A stretch of DNA of 64,000 nt from Negaprion brevirostris (taxonomy: Eukaryota). The notes under the pieces are model-generated. The model searched no databases, was not told the origin of the DNA, and worked only from the letters and a program-made list of their open reading frames with translations. The first letter of the stretch is position 1, and every line of letters begins with the position of its first letter. Both the position numbers and the translations under genes were made by a program. The DNA is taken from positions 32,447,619 through 32,511,618 of the forward strand of contig JARDVH010000128.1 in NCBI GenBank assembly GCA_030324005.1, in the 5' to 3' direction. Of the stretch, positions 10,485 through 21,798 are shown one piece after another.

Positions 10485-11340
10485 AACTGTAGAAAAGTTA
10501 CATTGCAGAAAGATGCCATTTAGCCCATTCTGTGCTCTGGTCTAAAAAGAGAAAAAAATGAGCCACCTATTTTAATCCCACTTTCCAGCATTTGTTGTCT
10601 TGCAGATTACAGCACTTTAGATGCAGATCCAGATACCTTTAACATGAGTTCAGCATTTCAGCCTCAATGACCAATTTAGGCAGAAAATTTCAGATGCTCA
10701 CAACCTTGAGTGAAAAGGTTTTTCATCATGTCTCCTCTAATCCTTCTACCAAGCACCTTTAATCTATGCTCCCTGGTAATTGACCTCTCAGATAGGGAAA
10801 CAAGTCTGTCCTGTGTACTCTGGCTAGGTCCCTCATAATTTTGTACACATCAATTAGGTCTCCCTTTAGGCTCCTCTGTACTAAGAAAAGCGGCCCTTGC
10901 CTATCTAGTCTCTCCTTGTAGTTGCAATTTTCAACTGGCAACAATCTTGTAAATCTCCTTTGTACTTTTCAAGAGCAGTTATGTCCTTCCTATAGTGTGG
11001 TGACCAGCAATGTACACGACTCCCAACTGTGATCTAACCAGTCCTTTATGGAGTTCCATCGTTATATCCCTGCTTTTATATTCAATATCTCTCCCAATAG
11101 AGTAAAGCATTCTATATTCTTTCTTGACCACATTGTCTACCTGTGCTGCCACCTTTCAGGACTTGTGGGTATACACTCTAGGATTTCCCACTTCCTCAAT
11201 CCTTCTCAATATCTTTCCATTTATTGAATATTCCCTCGCTTTGTTTGCCTTCCCCAAATGCATTACCTTACTTTTCCAGATTGAATTCTGTTTGTCACTT
11301 CTCTCCCCACTCAACAAAACCATTGACATCATTCTGGATT
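10485..11340 (-). mobile_element. CR1 LINE fragment
   Basis: Remnants YKERLDRQG..LKGDLIDVYKIMR and KSKVMHLGKANKAREYSING. Confidence 0.8.
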
Positions 11341-12079
11341 CAACAGCGATCACAATCAGCTACACAGCCATTTTTATCTTTGGTGTTTATGGCAACTCCA
11401 GGATGCCTCACTAAATTAACAGTCAATGCATTAACATGGCATAGCAAGATCCCAAAAGAAAAACCTATCTGTTTTGTGATGTTGACTGAGAGAAAAATAG
11501 CCAGGACGCTGGTCTTCTTGGAAATTGTGTGATAGTAAAGATCTGTGATGCATACCCATGAGAGCAGTCAGGGCCTGGGTTTAATCCCCTCACCCAAAAT
11601 ACGGGTTACAACTTTATTTATACTTAATTGGTGGTAAAATGCTTTGGGACATTTTGGGAAATTGTGAAAGGTGCTATATAAATTCAATTTTTTAACACCA
11701 AAGGAAACCCTTCTGGCAGTGCCAATAATAATAGTGANNNNNNNNNNNNNNNNNNNNNNNNNNNNNNNNNNNNNNNNNNNNNNNNNNNNNNNNNNNNNNN
11801 NNNNNNNNNNNNNNNNNNNNNNNNNNNNNNNNNNNNNNNNNNNNNNNNNNNNNNNNNNNNNNNNNNNNNNNNNNNNNNNNNNNNNNNNNNNNNNNNNNNN
11901 NNGACAAGTTCCATTAATTTGCTGCTTACAGTAATGTATTTGGGGGTAGCAGTAAGCATTGCACTGGTCTTTTATTTAAGTGCAGCTCAACAACACTTGA
12001 GGCTGTTGTTGCTCCTGTTTATGTTCAGATACAGGCTGGCTGTGGGAGGGTATGAAATGTTCTCGCTGGAGTCGTGTGT

Positions 12080-12431
12080 ACGTGCAATGAAGCTAGCGCG
12101 CTGTGGAGTGAGTACATTTGCTGAAGCCAAGCCCCCTCACTGGGCGGGACAGCAGCCGTGTGAGTGATGAGGGGACGTTTGAATGTATCTCCCTGCCTTC
12201 CGAGTCAACTTGCAAGCAGACCCTCTTTGACAGTAGGCGTTCAAGTATTTGGGGATTTAATGAAACTGCCCAGTCTTTTGCATCAGCTGCATTTGCTTGT
12301 CGGGTTCTAAGGCGGAGTTAAGTGATTGTCGCTTTCAAATCTGCTGCCACGTTGTCGGCTGCTTTTGTATCAAGTTATTATTTGCGGATTTTTTTGGTCG
12401 ATTGCAACCGCCTTTGGAAGCGGTGTATTGA
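12080..12431 (+). promoter_or_regulatory. EEF2K: Probable EEF2K promoter and non-coding exon 1
   Basis: A locally CpG-enriched unique region with a GGGCGGGA box at about 12142, ending in a strong donor TGA|GTAAGT at 12431/12432. Human EEF2K has a non-coding first exon. The TSS cannot be determined. Confidence 0.5.
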
Positions 12432-15011
12432 GTAAGTATACAATATGGACGTAATCTATCGTGCAATGCATAAACAGGTTTGGGTATTATCTCTGCACTA
12501 TGAACAAGGGTATAGGATATGCAAACAAAATAATCACCAGTTTCTTGCACATGCCATAGTACCACTGAAGCAAAATTTTATTCAAAAATAGGGAGTAGTG
12601 AAACATTTCAAACAGGCAGCAATTCTTGGCTTGGCGTTTAAAGCCTGCACCAAGTGGTACCAGCTTTAAAAACAGGAATAGCATTTGTCACTTGTATTTA
12701 AGTATGATATTACAAATACATTTGCGATTTGTGTTTATGTTGCGTTTCAGTATTAGTTACTAGTTAGGCAGAGGTATTTAGTTTGTCAAAAAGTTGAGAG
12801 GAGACTTGATGCAACTCCTTTGGGGCTGCAATATGGTTGTAAACAGGTTACCTCATTCCGATAGCCAGTATAAAACTAGAGAGTGTGTAATAAAACTGGT
12901 AATCTCGCAAATAGATCTCGCACCACTCCCAAGTATTTATCTGGCTTGGAATACACCCCTTTCAGAGTATTGTTATTGATTAACTGCATGAGAAAGGAGT
13001 TGCAGAATGTCTGACAGAAACTTAAGTGGAGTATTTGAAATAGAAATTAGAAGGCTAAAACATGAGGTGAAATTGAAGAAAATAGAAGTTATATTTAATT
13101 ATTTCATCTATGTAATTCAGTTATGAATGGAGTATTCAATGCTGAAGGCAACATTAAGTTGTTGCCTGGCTTCTGTTGCACAGACAAATATCCTTGAAGA
13201 ATTTTGAAGATAACGTTGCAAGAATGTCTGTTGGTGAATGTGGGTAAAGACTCATCCTAACTCGAAATTTAGCTCTATTCTCTCACCATGGATGCTGTCA
13301 GATCTGCTGAGATTTTGCAGCATTTTTCTTTTTTTTTGTTTCAAATTTCAGCATCCACAGTATTTTCCTTTTATAATATGAACAAAACCCTAGGGTCTGA
13401 ATGCCTATATCCTGGGGTGCTGAGATCAGAAATAAATCCTATTCCTGTAGCAGCTTTCATTACCTCAATGCTCTGCGGTAGTTTGCAGCCATTCAGGAGA
13501 CTACAGCAGCCAGTTTACATGCAGCTTGGTCCCGTAAACACTGATACATTAATTAACTAGATAATCTGTTTTTGTTTTGGATGGTTGAAGGATAATATGA
13601 CATCCACCTGAGAGGGTACATGGGACCTTAAAATCTCATATGAAGGTCATTGCTTCTGACAGAGGAGCCCTCTCTCAGTCTACACTGTGGTGCTGGGTTA
13701 GATTACATGCTTATGTTACTGGAGTGGGGCTTGAACACACAACTTCCTGACTGCAATAAGAGTGCTATGATTGAAACATACGTGACACCTCTCTCTTTGG
13801 AACAGCTCCATAGAGACAATTTGTGGGGCACTATATACTGTCGTAAGAACATAGCTGGCATCCAGTAATGTTCGAGTATAGGAAATGGACAAACATTGTA
13901 CCAATATACTTTAAAGGTAGAACAGATATAATGCAGGAAGTAATAGGCCATTTGACTNNNNNNNNNNNNNNNNNNNNNNNNNNNNNNNNNNNNNNNNNNN
14001 NNNNNNNNNNNNNNNNNNNNNNNNNNNNNNNNNNNNNNNNNNNNNNNNNNNNNNNNNATATTCCTTTGAAAAGAAAAGTATCTTTAACGTGCCTTTTTTC
14101 TTATCTCTCCCATGATGACCCTGATGTTTGGGATTGATTACTGATTTCCAATTTTAATGAATTAATGTGTGTGGTTTGTGTCATTTACCACAAGGAGTTA
14201 ATGCAACTGTTATTTTTAACAGCTAAGGTGATCATTTTTAACAGCAAAGGAGCTACTTTCGAAAGGCCTGACAGCATTGAGGGAGGTCATTCTGCCCATT
14301 GTGTCTGTACCGGCCCTTTTAAAAGTGCTATCCACTTAGACCCATTCCACCTCTTTACCTATCACTCTGCACGACTTTCTTTTCGAAACACATATCCAGT
14401 TTTCATTTGAACTTTCATATGAATCTTCTTCCGCTGTTCTTTTATCAATAAATCACATAGAAAATGGATACGCCATTCAGCCCTTCAAGCCTGTTCCGCC
14501 ATTCATTTTGATCATTGTGGATTATCAGATTTAATATCCTGATCCAGCCTACCCCTCTTTAGCCCCAAGAGCTATATATAATTTCTCCTTGAAATTGCAT
14601 AGCATTTTGGCATCAACTACTTTCTGTCCTGGCGAATTCCAGCGATTCACCATCCTCTGAGATTATTATAACTTACTGCGTAAGATCATATTCTCACCTC
14701 CCTCTCATTCTTTTCTCAATTCTCTGGGAAGCAAGAGGCACAGTTACCAGAGAGCTCCTTTTACATGGAAGTAACTCCATATGCTAATTTAGGTATTTGC
14801 GATTGGTCATTTTACTATGTTCTGATTAGTAAAACATTGTTTCGGGGATAAAACCTACTCTGTTTGGAAAGTGATCATTTGAACTGTCCAAGAATTCTGT
14901 TTGAAGTAAGAATGAGGCCAAGAGTGCTGAAACAACTGACCCAACTAACATCAACCGACCAAAACGTCACTGCAGGAGTTCTTCAGAGTAGTGTCCTACG
15001 CCCAACTGTCT

Positions 15012-15865
15012 TTTGATTTGATTTGATTTATTATTGTCACGTGTTAACATCCAGTGAAAAGTATTGTTTCTTGTGCACTATACAGACAAAACATTCCGTT
15101 CGTAGAGAAGGAAACGAGAGATTGAAGAATGTAGTGTTACGGTCAGGGTGTAGAAAAAGATCAACTTAATGCAAGGTAATTCCATTCAAATGTCTGACAG
15201 CAGCAGGGAAGAAGCTGCACTTGAGTCAGTTAGTGCATGCCCTCAGACTTTTGTATCTTTTTCCTGAAGGAAGAAGGTGGAAGAGAGAATGTCCTGGATA
15301 TGTGGGGTCCTTAATTATTCTAGCTGCTTTGCTGAGGCAGCGGGAAGTGTAGACAGAGTCAATGGATGGAAGGCTGGTTTGTATGATGGATTGGACTACA
15401 TTTATGACCTTTTGTAGTTCCTTGCAGTCTTGGGCAGAACGTGAGCCAAAGTAAGCTGTGATACAACCAGAAAGAATGCTTTCTATGGTGCATTTGGATA
15501 AGTTGGTGAGAGTCATAGCTGACGTGCCGAATTCCCTTAGTCTTCTGAGAAAGTAGAGGCTTGGTGAGCTTTCTTAATTATAGTGTCGGCATGGGGGGAC
15601 CAAGACAGGATGCTGGTGATCTGGACACCTAAAAACTTGAAGCACTCGACCCTTTCTACTTTGTCCCCATTGATGTAGACATGGGCATGTTCTCCTTTAC
15701 ACTTCCTGAAGTCGATGACAATCTCAGTTAGTTTTCGACTTCCTGAGGTTGATGACTATCTTCTTTGTTCTATTGACATTGAAAGAGAGATTATTGTCAT
15801 CAAACCAGTTCACCAGATTCTCTATCTCTTTCCTGTACCCCATCTTGTCATTGTTTGAGATCCAA
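15012..15865 (-). mobile_element. Rex1/Babar-like LINE 3' fragment
   Basis: Remnant CTIESILSGCITAYFG..IIKDPTYPGHSLFHLLPSGKRYKSLR, with an (ATCAA)n tail at about 15012-15030. Confidence 0.8.
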
Positions 15866-16828
15866 CCCATTAACATGCAAATTGGTTTTATGTTGTCAGA
15901 GATTCTGGAGAACTGCTCCACATCATAGGTGATATTTCAGGTGCTGCTGACTACATACTGCCTTTACCGTGTTGGCGATGAAGGCAAAACCTACTGCTCC
16001 TTGACACCAGTTCTTCCGCTATCCACTATACAGTCAGGGTGATTGTGACGACTTCTCCCGAATGCTGCTTGGTGAAGTCTCTGCAGCCTTGCTGAATGTT
16101 GTTCTCTGGTTTCTCTCTGGAGGGGTTCTTCCTCTACCCACTATACAGTTGAGGAAGTGGCTTCAAAAAACATCTTTAAAGTTTTCTTGTAGTAGCTGAG
16201 TGCTTCATTCTGTAATGAGAAGTTCCAGAAATTCAAAATATGCTCTCTGTTTGGGACATTTGCAAGCTGGAGCATCACTAGGTTCTTAATGTACTTTATT
16301 GATTTATAGCTGCACCTCTTTACTCCCTCAGTCACGTATTGAGGCTTCTGCCAGCTGTCACCCAGCCTCACTGGTTTCAGTTAACAAGTTTTGATTATTC
16401 AGCAAACTGGACTGTCCTGCCCTTCTGGGAGGAGTAGGTTGTGTGATAGAGAGCAGCATGTAAGGGAAGGTAAAAATAAAAGAATACAGTTGTTACATTA
16501 ACAGATGGATCCGGAATTAATTTAATATGTCTGTGATTGGATGATGATTGGAAAAAGAGCATGTGTAAATATTTTGACTATTCCTCCCAAAGAACCAGAA
16601 ATTAAAACAAAAGAGTAACTGTATAACACATGCAAACTTTAAACAAAAACATACATGCACTCACTGAAACTTTTAAGGTCTTAACATTGTACTTTCTAGC
16701 TTTTTTTTTGAGAAGTTCAAAAAATTGACTGTGTTGCAAATGGATGCTGAGACAATCTGTTTACTTTGTAACAGGTGAACCTACTTTGCAAAACAAAGCT
16801 GCAAGACTGGGGACATTAACAGTTAATT

Positions 16829-17041
16829 ATGGCAGAGGACGATCTGATCTTTGCCATAGAAGGAGTTGGCAATGGAAATAGAGATTTGAGAGAAGATAGT
16901 GATGATGATGAACAGTACCTGATTTGCTCCATTACGGATTATGATGACCATAAACCAATTAAGATCTGCAACCACAATTTTATGAAGAACAATTTTTGTG
17001 AAACCTCCAGCTCCCCTAGAAAATCATCTTTTAATGTTAAG
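16829..17041 (+). CDS. EEF2K: Eukaryotic elongation factor 2 kinase, coding exon 1 (exon starts at 16775)
   Basis: MAEDDLIFAIEG..DSDDDEQYLICSITD..SSPRKSSFNVK resembles human MADEDLIFRLEG..DSDDEEGYFICPITD..SFHFK. Acceptor ACAG at 16774, donor AAG|GTATGG. Confidence 0.95.
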
Positions 17042-19904
17042 GTATGGTTTGTTGATTTCTCGTTTTTGCTTTTTTTTTCTCACCCCTGACTGGTACATTC
17101 CATGCATGATTACTAAAATATATTGCTTGTGGTATTAAAAAGCATTTACTGCAATCAATGAGAGCCTTGTACGAGTATTTGCAAAGGTTTATACCATTGT
17201 AAACAACCATGTTGTAACCTGCAAGGCTATGGACCAGGTGTTGAAAAATGGGATTAAAATAAGTGGCTGGACCATTTTTGGTCTTTTCTGGTCAGCACAG
17301 ACATGAAGGACTGAATGTCCTCTTTCTTCACTTTTCTATGATTCTGTGGTTCAATGTTTTCATTTATTGCAGCAAATGTGTTTTAGTAATGTGGCATTTG
17401 CAATATTTTTTCATATAGGATGGGTGGATTGGCCATTATAGATTGCACCTTAGTGTCTAGGAGGATTAGCAGGATAAATACATGGGGTTCTGGGGATAGG
17501 GCTAGGGTGGGATTGTTTTCAGTGCAGGCTTGATGGACCGAATGGTCTCCTGCACTGTAGGGTTCCTGTGATTCTATGAAGAACTGAGACTTTATTGTAT
17601 ATTATGCTCGTTTTGGTTCCTTGCAATTGCAAAGATTAGAGAACATTCATTTTAATGAGCTTGATATCCAGGTTTAGGTGTTTACAGGTAGGCCTGTCAG
17701 TAATTAGGGGAGATAGTGGCAGTGTGATAATGTCACTGGACTAATAGGAGAACTGGACTAAGCTGATGCTTATGGGATAGAGGTCCAAATCACACTGTGG
17801 CAGCTAGTGGAATTTAAATTCAGTAAATAAATCTGGAATATAAAGCTAGTTCAGTAATGGTGCCCATTACAACAGTTGTTGCAAGAACCCATTTTGTTTA
17901 CTAATGTCCTTTAGGGAAGGAAATCTGCCATCCTCACCAAGTCTGAGCAATTCTAGACTCTCAGTTAAGTGTTTAACTCTTAACACCCCCTTCAAAATGG
18001 CTTAGCAAGCCACTCACTAAAGCTAGTGATGCCCAAACACTGTAAAAGAATAAACAAAAATAATTTTTTTGTTGGAGTTGATGAGTTTAGTTGTACTGTA
18101 TCCTAAGCAAGAAATTGCACTGTAGGGTATTATTAAGAAACACTTGTATGGAATTCCTTTTTTTTAGAAGACACCAACATACTTGAAGTAAATTCATAAG
18201 TTAGTAGCAAAGGAATTTCATTTTACAAAAGAATGTTAGCTTTTGTTACTAATATCACGCAGTGGGATTTCAATCTGCATTCCTCCAGATGAGTTTATTA
18301 TGGGTTTGAGGATTTGGCAATGGTGAGCATGTGTGTTTTGTGAAAACTAATGGATAGGTTTGCTGGTAATTTAGGGATCTTGGGTTTTCAGAAATACAAC
18401 AATGGGAAGAAGACCCATCTGTTGCTTTAAAATAAAATGAGAATTTTGGGTTATTTTCCTCAAATTGTGTTCTAACTTCCAAACTCACTATATTGGGAAC
18501 TGCCTCAAAGATGCACTGAGGACACCCACCCAGAAGTGCAAATTTCCTCATGGCAATTGCCCAGCACTGGGAACCATCTGAAAATGCAATTTAAATCGCA
18601 AACCGTTTTGGATAGTTCCAACTGAGTTACATCAATAGCTACAAGAATTAGAATCACTTAACTATTGGGAAAGCATTGCACAGACCCACACCAACTTCCT
18701 GTGGGACTTCCCAGTCCCCTAAGCAGCTGCACGCCCTGATGGGGAATCACCAACCCATGAATTTTGCCCACTCCTACAGAGCATCCACCTCCCTCCCAGC
18801 TAGTGCCATAGGAAAGGGGCCAGGGCCTCCTTGCATCCAACAGAATGGCGGTTGACACGAGGCCCCATGAGTGCACTATACTGCCTGGCTTTTGCCGATC
18901 CTGCGTTGGAAGATCAGCCGAGATACCATTGAAATATGTTTGAAGTAAAAAACAAGGAGTGGAGTGTTAATTCAACTTTGATTGCCACTCTGAGCAAGTT
19001 CAGGCCCATGGTTAACAAAAAAGAATCCATGTTGTCAAATGGGACTTGGTCTTATTTTTCACATTGAAATAACAGGTTTTTGTAAGAAACAATTGCTTAT
19101 GTATTTTTCAATACAGTGGCATATTTCCTTCAAGATTTGTTTTTCAGCAGCTAGTTATTTCAGGAGTATTAGAATAATGCTTTGTTTTTGCAATAATACT
19201 GTTCCTTAGGCAATCCAGCATCTAAATAGTGCTATATTGCTTAAGCAGTATCTGCACCAGTATCTACTGATGACACTTTAATCTCTGCAGTCTTGACATT
19301 TATTTTACAGCTTGTTTGTTAGGGAAATTTTATTGATGCATACATCTGCCATGTTTATGTCAGTTGATAGTTGTCTCGGGAATTAACATAAGACTTCTAG
19401 TTATCTGTTCTTGTGAGATGCAACAGACCAAGGTCTGTAAACAAAGGGGAACCAACGCTGAAGACACCCAACTTGTCAGAAATATTTCAGAAGATTTCAA
19501 ATCTTAGAACAGATGAAAAAATAGGAGTACCCCATTTTAACCCTAAAATATAAGAATGTTTCTAAAATACTGAAAACATTTATCCATGTTTACATGTATA
19601 TTTATATATCATTTTTTAATCGCCTCACTATGAGCTCAGAAAAATAACTTGACAAAATTATTGCATTTTGTCCAGTAATCAGTCAATTAACTCTTCTGGC
19701 CCAGGATCATTTAAAAACAAGAATAATCTTTCAATAGTTTTGGCTGAATGAACCGAGGATATGGATGGGCACTTTTTCATCAGATATGATTAATGAGACA
19801 TGACCAAGCAAGAGATAGCACTTTTGTTTCCATTAAGAATTGCCTATAATTGTTTTTTTTAGTAAATTTTTGTATTTCTAAATTATCTTTCATGTATTCT
19901 TCAG

Positions 19905-19952
19905 AATCACCAGACCCCTCCTAAGTTTGGCTCATTAACTGACCGCGGTCGG
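19905..19952 (+). CDS. EEF2K: Candidate 48-nt cassette exon of EEF2K (NHQTPPKFGSLTDRGR)
   Basis: Acceptor TTTCATGTATTCTTCAG and donor CGG|GTAGGT. Phase 0-0 matches the flanking exons, with no stop. Prediction only. Confidence 0.5.
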
Positions 19953-20399
19953 GTAGGTCTTATATCTATAATCATTTCACTGCGTAATCTGCAGTTACGC
20001 TGCCCTGCTCCAGTCCTTTTTATCTTGCGGTGTATGTTTCCCTGCATGTCCTTGTAAATTTTCTTTTAATGACACATTTAATTCTGGTCTTAATTCTTGC
20101 CATGATTGAATCAAGACTCATCTCACTTTCCTGCAGCTCAACATTCTAGAAAACTCCTTACCTCTCTTGAGCTTTTCCTTCCTTCCACAGACTTAAACCT
20201 CAGCATCTCTCTCCTTCTTTAAGATTCTATTTAAAACCATGCTTTGTGACTAAGTTTTTGTTACCTGTTCTAATATCACTTTTTATGTGGTTTAGTGAAA
20301 ATTTTATTTAATGCTCTGTGCAATGTTTTGCTTTCTGTAAATATATATTGTTATTGTTTTCAAGATTAGAAATCCAAACTTGACATCACCTATCACTTG

Positions 20400-21158
20400 T
20401 CTGATTTGATTTGATTTATTGTCACATGTAGGGTGGCACATTGATTAGCACTGCTGCCTCACAGTGCCAGGGACCTGGGTTCAATTCCTGGCTTGGGTCA
20501 CTGTCTGTGCGGAGTTTGCACTTCTTCCCCATGTCCCTAAAGATGTGTGGGTTAGGTGGATTGGCCATGATAAATTGCCCCTTAGTGTCAAGGGGACTAG
20601 CTAGGGTAAATGCATTGGATTTTGGGGATAAGGACCTGGGTGTGAGCGAAGGATTGTGGTCGGTACAGACTCGATGGGCCGAATGGCCTCCTTCTGCACA
20701 GTAGGATTCTATGATTGTGTTTTATTTGTATACAGAGAAAAGTTTTTTTTTTCTTCACTGTACACAGACAAAAGCATACCATTCATAGAGAAGGAAAGGA
20801 GTGAGTGCAGAATGTAATATATGTCATAGCCAGGGTGTTTAAAAAAAAGATCAATTTATGCGAGGTAGGTCCATTCAAAAGCCTGATGGCGGCAGGAAAG
20901 AAGCTATTTTTGAGTCGGTTGGTATGTGCCCTCTGGCTTTTGTATCTTTTTCCCAACGGAAGAAGGTGGAAGGGAGTACGTGTGGGGTGCGTAGAGTCCT
21001 TGATTATGCTGGCTGCTTTTCCGAGGCAGTGGAAAGTATAGGCAGAGTCAGTGGACAGGAGGCTAGTTTGACTGGTGGACTGAGTTTTGTTCACGACTCT
21101 TTGTAGTTTATTGCAGTCTTGGACAGAGCAGGAGCCATACCAAGCTGTGATACAACTG
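20400..21158 (-). mobile_element. Rex1/Babar-like LINE 3' fragment with a + strand HE1 SINE (about 20431-20715) nested in its tail
   Basis: Remnant IIKDSTHPTRTPFHLLPLGKRYKSQRAHTNRLKNSFFP and an (ATCAA)n tail near 20402. The SINE has a tRNA-like head TTAGCACTGCTGCCTCACAG..GGGTTCAATTCC. Confidence 0.8.
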
Positions 21159-21493
21159 TTCCTGATTGCACATAATTCGTCACATAAAAAAAAATTGTCT
21201 CTTAGTCATAATGACCGCTTGCAGCAGTTAAACATTTTCATAAACCTTGCCTGAAGCCAGCATTTACTCTGTGTATTTTGGGTATGGTAGATAAGCAGAC
21301 ACTTGAATGGAGTTGTTTATTTATGAGTTCGCTCGCACCACAAGTATAGTCAAAGGTCACAAGATTTGAACATTACAGTGTTGCAAATGGTATGTTAGAG
21401 TGAGGATGTTCTGTGCTTCTTCATTTGAAATAAGGCCAATGATACAGAGTGTGATGCCTCCAGAATGCAGTTGAAATATTTTCCCTTAAGTTT

Positions 21494-21798
21494 TCAATCA
21501 CTAAAACCATAGAGGTTTGCCCTTGGCATTTCAGGGCTTACATAACATCCATGGCAGTAACGGTCTTGCATGTCCGGTGTAGGTGACCGAGTCCCAAATG
21601 ATGTTCTACGAGAAAACCTTCAGGACTCTGCGGGTTTCTTCGTAGATGAGGCCTAAAATGCGCTTAATGTCCCCCACGCCGAGCGAGCCGACGGATAACA
21701 GGCTGAATTATTCCCTCGATATTATAGCGGAGAACTTTCCGGTGCCATTTAGCACCGCCCTTCCCAAGACCTTTCCCACCTTTACCGCTACCAGACAT
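21494..21798 (-). pseudogene. Histone H4 retropseudogene in an EEF2K intron
   Basis: The minus strand reads [98 protein letters not shown], with frameshifts and stops. A 15-bp TSD, CAGAATGCAGTTGAA, lies at 21461-21475 and 21809-21823. Confidence 0.95.

Noticed and set aside
5800-12000. Exons of an upstream neighbour gene (e.g. SDR42E2 or VWA3A, as in human)
   Set aside because: No recognisable coding homology was found; the region is mostly LINE and SINE debris.
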